Shown here piece by piece: positions 1 to 9,083 of a stretch of DNA of 26,100 nt. The notes beneath the pieces are model-generated. The model had not been told where the DNA came from. It was given only the letters and a program-made list of their open reading frames with translations, and made no database searches. The translations under genes were made by a program, and so were the position numbers. Source of the DNA: Microcystaceae cyanobacterium (GTDB taxonomy: Bacteria; Cyanobacteriota; Cyanobacteriia; Cyanobacteriales; Microcystaceae); contig JBGTGT010000001.1 in assembly GCA_041746575.1 (NCBI GenBank), positions 1-26,100 of the forward strand, given 5' to 3'. How positions within the stretch are numbered: the first letter of the stretch is position 1; the number at the start of each line of letters is the position of its first letter.

Positions 1-255
1 CTCAAGACAATCAAGGTAAACCTCCCGAAGACGGGTTAATTACTGGTTGTTTACTTCCTCCTTATGCCCCTGAAGAAAATCCGGTTGAAGCTATTTGGCT
101 ACAAGTTAAAAACTTGATTCGACGTTTCCATTATCTTTGTCGAAACTTTTCAATCATCAAAAGGCTATTTCGCTTTTTCTTTGATTACCAACTTTTCAAG
201 ATTCCTAATTTCGCCAAGTACGATGCTTTTGTTCAATTCATTTAGACTTGCTATA
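1..255 (+). mobile_element. IS630-family element, right end (transposase C-terminus 3..245, truncated by window edge)
   Basis: The frame from nt 3 reads QDNQGKPPEDGLITGCLLPPYAPEENPVEAIWLQVK...FVQFI*, matching the IS630 DDE motif LPPYSPELNPIE-x-x-W. The stop at 243-245 is followed by ...GACTTGCTATA, a TA-ended terminus typical of IS630. Confidence 0.85.
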
Positions 256-270
256 GCTGTTTTCTGCTGT

Positions 271-1758
271 TTAAAACAATTCAGCCTCTTTAAATTGTTC
301 CATCTTTTGAGCATTGGCCGCTTCACCACAACTACGAGGAGTGGGGAATAACTTACCCGGATTCGCTAAATTATCAGGGTTAAATACCGTTCGGACATAT
401 TGCATGGTTTCTAAATCCGTTTCATTAAACATGTAAGGCATATAACAATTTTTATCTGAACCAATGCCATGCTCTCCCGATAAACTTCCCCCTGCATCCA
501 CACAACATTTAAGAATTTCTCCTCCTAACTTTTCCACCTCTTCCCATTGCCCTTCAATCGCATTATCATACAAGATCAAAGGATGTAAATTACCATCTCC
601 CGCATGAAAAACATTCGCAATCCTGTAACCATATTTTTCACCCAAATCATTAATTTGTTGCAATACTTCCGCTAATTTCGTCCGAGGAATAACTCCATCC
701 TGCACAAAGTAATTAGCACTCATTTTACCCGCCGCCGCAAAAGCCGCCTTTCGTCCTTTCCATAGGGTTAAACGTTCTTCGGGTTGACTTGCCGTCGTGA
801 TATTTCTGGCACCATTTTGCCGACAAATTTGCGCCACCCGTTGCTTATTGGCATCCACTTCTACCGGTAACCCATCCAATTCTACCAAAAGAATAGCGGC
901 CGCATCCGTAGGATAACATCCTGTCTGAACCACCGCCTCCACTGATTTAATGGTGAAATTATCCATAATTTCCATTCCTGCTGGGATGATTCCTGTGCTG
1001 ATAATATCTGTCACCGATTGTCCAGCAGACTCAATACTGCTAAAGTCTGCCAGTAAAACACAGATCGATTCTGGGGTTTTGAGAATTTGCAACGTAATCT
1101 CTGTCGCAATGCCTAAAGTGCCTTCAGATCCCACAAAAAGTCCCATTAAATCGTATCCGGGCATTTCAGATACATTTCCTCCTACATTCACGATAGAACC
1201 GTCGGTAATTACTAATTTTAAGCCCAAAACATGATTAGTCGTGACGCCATATTTCAAACAATGGACGCCCCCCGAATTTTCGGCCACATTACCCCCAATT
1301 GAACAGATAATTTGACTGGAGGGATCTGGCGCATAGTAATATCCTTGAGGACTAACGGCCTGTGTTACCCAGTTGTTAATCACGCCCGGTTGAACCGTAA
1401 CTCGTTGATTTTCAAAGTCGATGTTAAGAATTTTATTTAAACGAGAGGTTACAATCAAAATACCCTCTTCTAAGGGCAAAGCACCCCCAGATAAGCCTGT
1501 TCCTGCACCTCTTGCTACCCAAGGGATTTGATAATTCTGACAGACTTTGACAATAGCGGCAATTTCTTCTGTTGTTGCCGGATGAATCGCTAAGGCAGGA
1601 CGTTGACGATAACCCGTTAAACCGTCACATTCATAGGTCAATAGTTCATCTTTACGACGAACGACCCATTTTTCGCCAACAATCTCTATAAAAGCCTCGA
1701 TAATAAGTTGCCATTTGTTTTTAGGAGGATTAAATATATTTTTCAGAAACATAGCCAT
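271..1758 (-). CDS. glcD: Glycolate dehydrogenase/oxidase FAD-linked subunit GlcD
   Basis: FAD-binding PCMH motifs RGAGTGLSGGA, YYAPDPSSQIICSIGGNVAENSGGVHCLKYGVTTNHV and GSEGTLG; C-terminal FHAGDGNLHP and GSLSGEHGIG. Start placed at ATG 1758 (or 1752) rather than TTG 1788, which lies in a REP-like remnant. Confidence 0.9.
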   Translation of the reverse strand: MAMFLKNIFNPPKNKWQLIIEAFIEIVGEKWVVRRKDELLTYECDGLTGYRQRPALAIHPATTEEIAAIVKVCQNYQIPWVARGAGTGLSGGALPLEEGILIVTSRLNKILNIDFENQRVTVQPGVINNWVTQAVSPQGYYYAPDPSSQIICSIGGNVAENSGGVHCLKYGVTTNHVLGLKLVITDGSIVNVGGNVSEMPGYDLMGLFVGSEGTLGIATEITLQILKTPESICVLLADFSSIESAGQSVTDIISTGIIPAGMEIMDNFTIKSVEAVVQTGCYPTDAAAILLVELDGLPVEVDANKQRVAQICRQNGARNITTASQPEERLTLWKGRKAAFAAAGKMSANYFVQDGVIPRTKLAEVLQQINDLGEKYGYRIANVFHAGDGNLHPLILYDNAIEGQWEEVEKLGGEILKCCVDAGGSLSGEHGIGSDKNCYMPYMFNETDLETMQYVRTVFNPDNLANPGKLFPTPRSCGEAANAQKMEQFKEAELF

Positions 1759-1776
1759 TGAGTTAAATCGTAAATT

Positions 1777-1791
1777 GTAGGGGCGCAAGGC
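1777..1791. repeat. Degenerate GTAG-type REP-like half repeat (GTAGGGGCGCAAGGC)
   Basis: Matches the left arm of the cyanobacterial GTAGGGGCG...CGCCCCTAC palindromic repeats as I recall them; the right arm is decayed. Confidence 0.45.
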
Positions 1792-1874
1792 GCGCTCAAC
1801 CCGTAACCCGTTATGATAACGATCAGTTATTATTTATTATTGCTTAATTGTTGACCCTTCCTCATACCTAGATA

Positions 1875-3434
1875 ATGACGATCGTACCGAAAACCTTACA
1901 GAAATCCTTGCCTCAATCCTTATCCAGCGTCTTTTTGCGGAAAAAGCTCAATTCTTTCGAGCTATGCGTTTTGCTGACCAGTTTTCTCCTAAGTGTGGCT
2001 ATAATCGGTCTTAATTGGCAAATCAAAAAAAATCCAGTGCAAGTTAGCTATTTTAGCTGGAATAATCGAAAAATTGGGGTCGATGATCGCTTTTTTAGCT
2101 TGACGTTTAATCGTCCTGTCAATGGTGCAGAAATTGAGAAGAACTTAAGTATCAATCCTCCTTTGCCGGGTAAAATTAGCTGGAATCATAACACCCTTTT
2201 TTATACTCTCACAGACTTGCCTGTTTACGGCGCAAACTATCAAGTTAAACTCCCCTACCTTGCCACTGCGACGGATAACGCTTTACCCAGTCAACCCTTT
2301 AACTCGGTGATTAGTACCCGCGATCGGGCATTTGTCTATATTGGGGTTCAAGAAGAAGAAAGAGGTCTCGACGGACAAAATAAAGAACCCGAACGAGGCC
2401 GCTTAGTCTTAACTAATATTACAGACTTAAATAAACCTAAAAAGACAATTTTAACGCCGAGAGATTTAATTGTAACTGATTTTGATATATACCCTTACGG
2501 CGATCGCATTCTTTTCCTAGCCTATGAACCCAATCCCCGTAACCCCGAACTGAATCGCCAGCAACTTTACACGGTGACAACAGGATTACCTTCCCCCGAC
2601 CATCCTAACCCAGAACGGGCTGGTAAACTCGAAAAAGTATTAGATGCCCATGAATATCAAAATATCAGCTTTGATTTATCTGAAAATGGCCAAACAATTC
2701 TTGTTTTAAGGCAAAATCTTCAAAATTTGGCAGAATTAGGACTTTGGATGATTGCCGAAGGAGCCCCCCCCCATCCATTAGGAATTCCGGCTAGTGAGTT
2801 TGTGATTTCTCCCGAAGGAGACGCCGTGTCAATTTCCCAAAAAAGCGGTGTAGGAATCATTCCACTCAAGCGAAATGCTGAACAACCGCAATTTTTTGCA
2901 GAATATGAAAAAAGTTTAGGATTTACACCCCAAGATCATCAAGAATTATTCGTCAGATTCAACCGAGACTATACTCGATCTTTAATCTTACTCAATGAAC
3001 AAAACCAACCGATTCCCATTTATCGCACCCCTCATCCTATTCTCGACTGTCAATTTGACCCTCGTCAAGAAAATTACTTATATTGCTTAAAAATAGACTC
3101 AATTCCGCAAGAAACAGGACAAATATCTAAAGAAACTTTTCTTTCTGTCACAAATCTCAAAACAGGCCAAGATTTTCCCTTATTAGCCCTTCCTAACTAT
3201 CCCGAAGTTCAGTTAAGTCTCTCCCCTGACGGTTTAGCCTTATTATTTGATCAGGTGATCACCCAACCCCCTCGTTCGGCAAATGACTTATTAACCGACT
3301 CTCAACAAGCAATTGTAGATGGACAAGTCTGGTTTCTGCCCTTACCCAATTTAACCGATAAAAAAGGCAATGATCCGATCTTAGTCGCGCCAAAAGCAAT
3401 TGAATTCGGTCATAAGCCCCGTTGGATGCCTTAA
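1875..3434 (+). CDS. Membrane-anchored protein with Ig-like (Big_5/SbsA-like) domain and TolB-like beta-propeller
   Basis: N-terminal hydrophobic segment; LTFNRPVN...INPPLPGKISW...Y...LPVYGANYQV is Big_5-like; repeated propeller-blade motifs (FDIYPYGDRILF, FDLSENGQTIL, ISPEGDAV, LSPDGLALLF); ends in PRWMP. Confidence 0.7.
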   Translation: MTIVPKTLQKSLPQSLSSVFLRKKLNSFELCVLLTSFLLSVAIIGLNWQIKKNPVQVSYFSWNNRKIGVDDRFFSLTFNRPVNGAEIEKNLSINPPLPGKISWNHNTLFYTLTDLPVYGANYQVKLPYLATATDNALPSQPFNSVISTRDRAFVYIGVQEEERGLDGQNKEPERGRLVLTNITDLNKPKKTILTPRDLIVTDFDIYPYGDRILFLAYEPNPRNPELNRQQLYTVTTGLPSPDHPNPERAGKLEKVLDAHEYQNISFDLSENGQTILVLRQNLQNLAELGLWMIAEGAPPHPLGIPASEFVISPEGDAVSISQKSGVGIIPLKRNAEQPQFFAEYEKSLGFTPQDHQELFVRFNRDYTRSLILLNEQNQPIPIYRTPHPILDCQFDPRQENYLYCLKIDSIPQETGQISKETFLSVTNLKTGQDFPLLALPNYPEVQLSLSPDGLALLFDQVITQPPRSANDLLTDSQQAIVDGQVWFLPLPNLTDKKGNDPILVAPKAIEFGHKPRWMP

Positions 3435-3448
3435 ATATTTCAAATTAC

Positions 3449-4360
3449 TCATTGCACCGTTCTAATAACCCCTTGACCTTCTGCTGACGTCACATAACCC
3501 AAAAAGGCCGCCACCTCTGCACTAGGAGGCTGTCTATAGGCGTAATAGAAAGTCCGTTGATAGGGATATTGTGCCGCCTCTGGGGTACTTCCCTCCACTG
3601 ACAAAACCCGAACGGTTTGTTGATCAGCGACTTGTACATAGGTCGCGTAGCTAATGCCATTATTACCTAAAGCCTGTAGAATGGGCGTCGTTGCATCCCG
3701 TTGCATTTGCGTAAAATTTGCGCTATTGCCGAATTCTTGCCCATTTAACGCCATCTTTTGAAAAATTTGATGAGTTCCACTGATGGCAGGACGATTAATC
3801 ACCCTAATTGTGCCGGTTTTTCCCCCCACTTGTGACCAATCCGTGATTTTTCCCTGAAAAATGTCTTTGAGCTGCTGACGACTTAAACTTCCTTGAAATG
3901 GATTATCAATCCCTACGACAATAGCGATCGCATCCTGCGCCACGGGAATCGCCGCCAACCCCTGAGATTGCTCTTGCGGCGTAAGAGGACGAGAAAGAGC
4001 GGCGATATCAATTTGTCCTGTCAAAAGAGATAAAATGCCTTTATCCGTACCTTGAGCATTGGTTTTGACCGTTGTTCCCTCAAATTTCGCCATAAAATTG
4101 TTTTTTAAGGACTCATTAATCAAAACCATACTGGTTGATCCATTAATCGATACAATTGTACCTGTTGGGACTTGACTAGGAAGCGAAAAAGACGAGGTTG
4201 CAGAATAGGGGGAGGCAGTCGTCGGCAGAGACGTTTGCGAAGGCGTTTGAAGGCTCGGATTTCCTTTATTGCGGATTAAAAACCAGTATCCTCCTGCTAG
4301 AATAATCGCAGTAATTAATAAAGCCGCTAGTAAAATCCCCGTATCATTTTTCTGTGTCAT
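3449..4360 (-). CDS. PstS-like (PBP_like_2) substrate-binding protein with N-terminal membrane anchor
   Basis: INGSTSM, GTDKGI...GQIDIAALSRPL, VAQDAIAIVV, ITDWSQVGG, NRPAISGTHQIF and YPYQRTFYY motifs; N-terminal TM followed by a Ser/Pro/Thr linker. No pstCAB nearby. Confidence 0.8.
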   Translation of the reverse strand: MTQKNDTGILLAALLITAIILAGGYWFLIRNKGNPSLQTPSQTSLPTTASPYSATSSFSLPSQVPTGTIVSINGSTSMVLINESLKNNFMAKFEGTTVKTNAQGTDKGILSLLTGQIDIAALSRPLTPQEQSQGLAAIPVAQDAIAIVVGIDNPFQGSLSRQQLKDIFQGKITDWSQVGGKTGTIRVINRPAISGTHQIFQKMALNGQEFGNSANFTQMQRDATTPILQALGNNGISYATYVQVADQQTVRVLSVEGSTPEAAQYPYQRTFYYAYRQPPSAEVAAFLGYVTSAEGQGVIRTVQ

Positions 4361-4439
4361 AAGGCACTTAAGGCATCTTAAAATCTTGACTTTTTGACTT
4401 ACAATTTCTTTTTACGGTTCTATCTTAAAGCCTGAATGC

Positions 4440-4465
4440 AAAAAATAGGGAGGTCAACCCCCTAT
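4440..4465 (-). terminator. Probable intrinsic terminator of nfuA
   Basis: Minus strand reads ATAGGGGG-TTGA-CCTCCCTAT followed by a T-run, about 28 nt downstream of the nfuA stop. Confidence 0.65.
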
Positions 4466-4492
4466 CTCTGAATCTCTTAAACGGTCTAAATT

Positions 4493-4729
4493 TTAGATAA
4501 CTTGTTCAACTTCAGCAATTTCAGGAATCATTTCTCTTAAGCGACGCTCAATTCCCATTCTTAATGTCATCGCCGAACTCGGACAGGAACCACAAGCACC
4601 CTGTAAGCGTAATTTAACGACAGGGCCATCTAGCTCTACTAATTCCACATTACCACCATCTGACATCAGATAGGGACGCATTTCGTCTAATACACTCTCA
4701 ACGTTTTTTGGGGTTAATGCTAGGCTCAT
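4493..4729 (-). CDS. nfuA: NifU-like (Nfu) Fe-S cluster scaffold/carrier
   Basis: [15 protein letters not shown]...[25 protein letters not shown]; 78-aa single Nfu domain with CxxC. Confidence 0.93.
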   Translation of the reverse strand: MSLALTPKNVESVLDEMRPYLMSDGGNVELVELDGPVVKLRLQGACGSCPSSAMTLRMGIERRLREMIPEIAEVEQVI

Positions 4730-4850
4730 TCTTAACCTCTATTAGCATGAGTAAAAGTTACAGTTACTTCTATCGTAAAGGGTGTTAGGGCAAATTGCCA
4801 ATTTTACAGAATTCGGTTATCCCTAATACGGTGGATCAAAATACTCTTCT

Positions 4851-5624
4851 CTATAACGCGGTTGGTGCATCGACCTGTAAACACTGGGTTAGTAGTCCAT
4901 GTAAGATCAATTCAGTGTATGCAACCATTTTTAGACGAATTCGAGAGATTTGCTTTTTTTCTTGCCTAATATCGCTAAATATTCGACAGTATCGTTCAAA
5001 TTGCCAAAAAGATTCACAGAGATGAGTCATTAATTTGAGAATTTCTCCCTCAGATGCCTGACTCAGGCGATCGCTGAGATGAATCCATTGACGTAATAAC
5101 GCCCATTCTTGAGGATCTGTAATGATTAATTCATTTTCGGTTGATAGCCAAGAAATTGCCTGATCTGTGGCTGTGAATTGCTTTGTATTCTCTCCCAACC
5201 GTCTTAAACTACAACAACGCGCGTGAATATATTGACAGAAAAATAAATTAAATTGCGGAAATTGCAGAAAATTGACCGTCTTCTGTTGACTGATTAACCA
5301 AGGCAACCAATCGAGGGAAAATTGCTCTAACCAATCTGTTAGAATTTCGACGGTTGGATAACAGTCTAAATTGCCATCCGACTTTGATTTTAAAATAAAT
5401 GGGCTTGATTTTTTGCTAAGATAGCTTTTAATTAAATCATCTGCCCAGCGTTGAGCAGTTATCTCTGAATTGCCCTGTTGAAAGGCGATCGCTGAACGAT
5501 AAATAATTCCTGTAGGCGTAGTCCGTAAAAACAGAGAAGGCGAAGCCGAGAGGATCTGATTTTCTTCAAGGATTTTTTTGAGAAAATTGCGCAAAATTTC
5601 TGATACAGGCTTAAAAATTGCCAT
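4851..5624 (-). CDS. Stand-alone DALR anticodon-binding-domain protein (ArgRS-like, no catalytic domain)
   Basis: QYIHARCCSLRR matches the ArgRS QYAHARxxS motif, and the C-terminus RLKMVAYTELIL...LQVDAPTAL resembles the ArgRS end. No HIGH/KMSKS. Start is ATG 5624 or 5702. Confidence 0.75.
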   Translation of the reverse strand: MAIFKPVSEILRNFLKKILEENQILSASPSLFLRTTPTGIIYRSAIAFQQGNSEITAQRWADDLIKSYLSKKSSPFILKSKSDGNLDCYPTVEILTDWLEQFSLDWLPWLISQQKTVNFLQFPQFNLFFCQYIHARCCSLRRLGENTKQFTATDQAISWLSTENELIITDPQEWALLRQWIHLSDRLSQASEGEILKLMTHLCESFWQFERYCRIFSDIRQEKKQISRIRLKMVAYTELILHGLLTQCLQVDAPTAL

Positions 5625-5889
5625 GACCTCTCTTTTTAACAGTAAAATATTAGACTTATTCCTTAAAGGAGCCTTAAAATCCGTCAACCCCTTGAAAAAC
5701 ATCTTTATGTTTAAGGTTAAAAACCAATGTCAATTTCACTTAAGGAAGTTTTCGGATTATACTTTGGATGAAGATACCATTAGAGGTATGCTTCTTGTCT
5801 GAAGCTACCGAAATCTATCTAGGCATCGCCTTAGAGGATCACAATGAACGCAAACCCAGACAATAAGCGAATCATACTTAGGAAATTCC

Positions 5890-6999
5890 ATGAAAAATTC
5901 CCCATGCTTAATCAAAACGATCATTACTTCTAATTTTGTCATTGCTGGCGTTTCCATCGTCTTACTTTCCCTTTCTAACGCCCTAGATCAGTCATCTTCT
6001 ACTGAAACCGTCTTGCCGGGAGCAAGGTATTATCGTACGGTTAAAGCCCAACTGCCTAAAGAACAAAGACAACTTGATGACAAAATCAGCGAACTAGAAC
6101 GTAAAAATGACGAAATCAGCGATTTAGAGCGCAAAAACAAAGTTCTTGCTCAAAAATTGTCTAATTCCAAAGAACCACAGCCAAAAAATTCGATTTCTTC
6201 TCCTCTCTCCTCAGCCTCTGCCCCCAGTGCCATCTCTCTTCATACACTTCAATCCTCAACTCTTTCTTTAATTCAACCCAATAATCCCCATCTTCTCCCG
6301 CAAACAGTGGTCGCCGTATCTAATGCCCCTGTTGAGGCGAGAAAAAACCGAAAATCGCCAATAATTAACTCAAAAACTGCCCTATCTGAGGCTAATTTCT
6401 CTTATTATCCTGCGCAGATTCAAAAAGTCAATCCAGCCGGTTTGCAATACGCTAGTCACATTGTGACCGGTCTCGTTGTTGCTCAAAATCAAGGTCAAAT
6501 TCGTCATAATACCAAAGAATACAGCCGCTATCAAGATGCGATCATTTTACTTCGCCAAGGTTATAGCTTAGAGCAAGCGGCGACAAGCGCCAATGTTCCT
6601 CTCAGTGACTTATATCAAGTCATTGCTTGGGGAGAAAATCGCCCAGGTAATCCCGAAAAACACCAGCCTCCCCTGCTAGCTCAGTCTGACTTACAATTAG
6701 GAGATCTCGACGGTCCTCTTCGCTATGCCAACGACATTGCGGCGGGTTTATTAGTAGCGCATCGTAACGGACAAATCAGATATGGTACGATTCAGTACCG
6801 TCGGGTTCAAACGGCAATCAACCTGCTCCGACAGAAAAAAACCTTGGACGAGGCGGCTTATCACGCTAAGGTCAATGTCTCTACCTTAGAACAACTGATC
6901 AAATGGGGAGCCAATCGACCGGGCAGTCCCATTGAACTAAAATACCAAATTAGTCGTCTTGATCCTCTTGATGTTTCAGAACCTGAAATGAATCAATGA
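5890..6999 (+). CDS. Hypothetical protein: N-terminal TM/signal, coiled coil, Ser/Pro linker, two 67-aa HTH-like repeats
   Basis: 369-aa ORF with hydrophobic N-terminus; repeats at 6448-6648 and 6724-6924; stop overlaps the next start (ATGA). Confidence 0.8.
   Translation: MKNSPCLIKTIITSNFVIAGVSIVLLSLSNALDQSSSTETVLPGARYYRTVKAQLPKEQRQLDDKISELERKNDEISDLERKNKVLAQKLSNSKEPQPKNSISSPLSSASAPSAISLHTLQSSTLSLIQPNNPHLLPQTVVAVSNAPVEARKNRKSPIINSKTALSEANFSYYPAQIQKVNPAGLQYASHIVTGLVVAQNQGQIRHNTKEYSRYQDAIILLRQGYSLEQAATSANVPLSDLYQVIAWGENRPGNPEKHQPPLLAQSDLQLGDLDGPLRYANDIAAGLLVAHRNGQIRYGTIQYRRVQTAINLLRQKKTLDEAAYHAKVNVSTLEQLIKWGANRPGSPIELKYQISRLDPLDVSEPEMNQ
6079..6138 (+). repeat. In-frame 30-bp tandem duplication (DKISELERKN / DEISDLERKN)
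   Basis: gacaaaatcagcgaactagaacgtaaaaat followed by gacgaaatcagcgatttagagcgcaaaaac. Confidence 0.85.
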
Positions 7000-7700
7000 A
7001 AATTTTACTCGTCGAAGATGATCAAAACATCGTCATTCCTGTAGAAGAATACCTCAGTGATCAAAATTATATCGTTGAGGTCTCTCAGGATGGACAAGAA
7101 GCTTGGAATCTCCTAGAAGCATTTTCCTATGACCTCATTTTATTAGATGTCATGTTGCCGAAAATTGACGGCTTATCCCTCTGTAAACGTCTCAGGCAAC
7201 AGGGCAATGAGTGTCCTATTTTGATGCTGACGGCGAGAGATACCCTAGAAGATAAGGTGTTGGGTTTAGATGCGGGTGCCGATGATTATTTGATTAAACC
7301 TTTTGAGTTGCAAGAACTATCTGCCCGTATTCGAGCCTTACTCCGACGAAATCAAACGGCTCTACCCCCTATTTTGGAATGGGGCGATTTGCATCTTAAT
7401 CCCAGTAGTTGTGAGGTCTATTACCAAGATCAATTGGTTATGCTCAGTCCCAAAGAATACCAGCTTTTGGAGTTTTTCTTAAGGAACCCCCGTCGTGTAT
7501 TCAGTCGTTCTCAACTCCTTGATCGTATTTGGCCATTTGACCGCGTTCCGGGGGAAGCAACGATTAAAACCCACATTAGGAGCCTTCGACAAAAACTCAA
7601 CGATGTAGGGGCTTCTCCCGATATCATAGAGACCGTTTATGGCTTGGGCTACCGTCTAAAGGAATATTCAAACGCCCTCCGTCAACCGCTATCGTCATGA
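6996..7700 (+). CDS. OmpR/PhoB-family response regulator (orphan)
   Basis: MKILLVEDD...LILLDVMLP...LMLTARD...GADDYLIKPF receiver domain; winged-helix output LSPKEYQLLEFF...HIRSLRQKL...IETVYGLGY. Confidence 0.95.
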   Translation: MKILLVEDDQNIVIPVEEYLSDQNYIVEVSQDGQEAWNLLEAFSYDLILLDVMLPKIDGLSLCKRLRQQGNECPILMLTARDTLEDKVLGLDAGADDYLIKPFELQELSARIRALLRRNQTALPPILEWGDLHLNPSSCEVYYQDQLVMLSPKEYQLLEFFLRNPRRVFSRSQLLDRIWPFDRVPGEATIKTHIRSLRQKLNDVGASPDIIETVYGLGYRLKEYSNALRQPLSS

Positions 7701-7880
7701 TTGCAGATAAGTCGAAGTCGTCCTAAAAATAAATATCATCAGACAGACTTAGGTGCTTGATCTACTTGTTCGATATTGGTCTTCCGCCTTGAAATACGGT
7801 AAATTTATAAGAGGGCCATTAACGACTGCTTCATCTCTAACTGCTTAAAATAACGTTTGCGTTGCCTTAAAAATCAGCAG

Positions 7881-8816
7881 CTAAGTATCATAATTATTGG
7901 GAGAGTTGAGGGATTTAGCACAGACAATTAAATAGGAATTGGGAGGCTGAATCCTTTGTTTTGAGGGCAAAGACGCCTCTTTAAAAAAAGTTTTTTCTTG
8001 GGCATTAGCTTTTAATTCATCTACTTTTAGTAAAATTAAATATTCATAGAAGGCTTGCAACGTACACCAAGCAAACCCCGCTTTTCCATCCCGAAGTCCT
8101 CCTAAAACAAAGTACATATAAATCCAACGCAAGAGAGGACGACAAGGCAATCTTAAGGATAAATCTTTCAAAGCCCTTCGTCTTTCCACTTCTGAACAAC
8201 CAAAGAAAAGCTTTTTCCAGTTAATTTCTCCATTTTCCAGCTGTTCAAGGGTTTCTTTCGCTTCATCGCTCGAATAACGATTATGTTTTTCTATCCAACG
8301 AGCTAAACCTTTACTACAAGTATAGTGAGGGTAGGTTTCTTGCAGAAATCCTGCCTTTCCTTGATAAACTTCCCTTTCTGTATGACCATAATCATCAAAC
8401 CACACCGTCTCTTTCTTAAACAGACGCATTTGATAGCGAGGATATTGGGTACTTCTGCGAATCCATGTTCCCATGAACATAACACGTTCTGCTGCGTAAT
8501 AGGCAGTTAATTGCTCTTTTTTCGCCTTTTCTACACATTCCGCATACAATTCTGGAGTCATTCTTTCATCTGCTTCGAGAATGTACACCCAAGAATATTT
8601 AGTAGGAACGTGATTTAACATCCATGTTCGTTGTTTGCCATGACTCTCAAACCGATGCTGAATCACTCGTACGGGATAACGCTTAGCAATTTCTACGGTG
8701 CGATCGCTACTATAGGAGTCCACCACCACGATATCATTGGATAGGTTCATCACAGACTGAATACAGTCAGCAATATCAACTTCTTCATTGTGGGTCAAAA
8801 TATAAACAGAAATCAT
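7881..8816 (-). CDS. Glycosyltransferase family 2 (WaaE/KdtX-like)
   Basis: ISVYILTHNEE, VVVDSYSSDRT, ILEADE (DxD-like), KHNRYS and GGLRDGKAGF motifs. Confidence 0.9.
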   Translation of the reverse strand: MISVYILTHNEEVDIADCIQSVMNLSNDIVVVDSYSSDRTVEIAKRYPVRVIQHRFESHGKQRTWMLNHVPTKYSWVYILEADERMTPELYAECVEKAKKEQLTAYYAAERVMFMGTWIRRSTQYPRYQMRLFKKETVWFDDYGHTEREVYQGKAGFLQETYPHYTCSKGLARWIEKHNRYSSDEAKETLEQLENGEINWKKLFFGCSEVERRRALKDLSLRLPCRPLLRWIYMYFVLGGLRDGKAGFAWCTLQAFYEYLILLKVDELKANAQEKTFFKEASLPSKQRIQPPNSYLIVCAKSLNSPNNYDT

Positions 8817-9083
8817 TAAAATAAGCAGTTTTTGTTATGGGTGTTAAAAAGGCGTCTCTATCTTTCCGCAGGGACTTTGTCGCCAAAAAGAATATTTCGG
8901 CAGAGGTACAAGGTCTGAACAGAAGTTTAACAGAAGAATTGTCAGAATGGTAAAAGTTTTTACCTAATTTCATAAGCGGCATTTCGTTGACTGTTGCCTT
9001 CTCTGGATGTTTATGCCACCGCCCTACTACAACTTTCCGATTTCTTCCTGCTTATTTTTTGATTTTTGACTCTAAAATTCCGT

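Noticed and set aside
1759..1788. N-terminal extension of glcD from TTG 1788
   Set aside because: The TTG lies within a REP-like remnant; ATGs at 1758/1752 are more plausible starts.
4361..4395. Pho box upstream of the PstS-like gene (repeated CTTAA)
   Set aside because: Spacing is 10 and 8 nt rather than 11, and the units do not match the PyTTAAPyPy(T/A) consensus on the coding strand.
5840..5875. c-di-GMP-I or glutamine riboswitch (GAACGCAAACC)
   Set aside because: Only a short word matches; the required stems and other conserved segments are missing.
8785..8982. 65-aa minus-strand ORF upstream of the GT2 gene
   Set aside because: No recognisable motif and it overlaps the GT2 start in another frame; probably a promoter/UTR region, though a small protein cannot be excluded.
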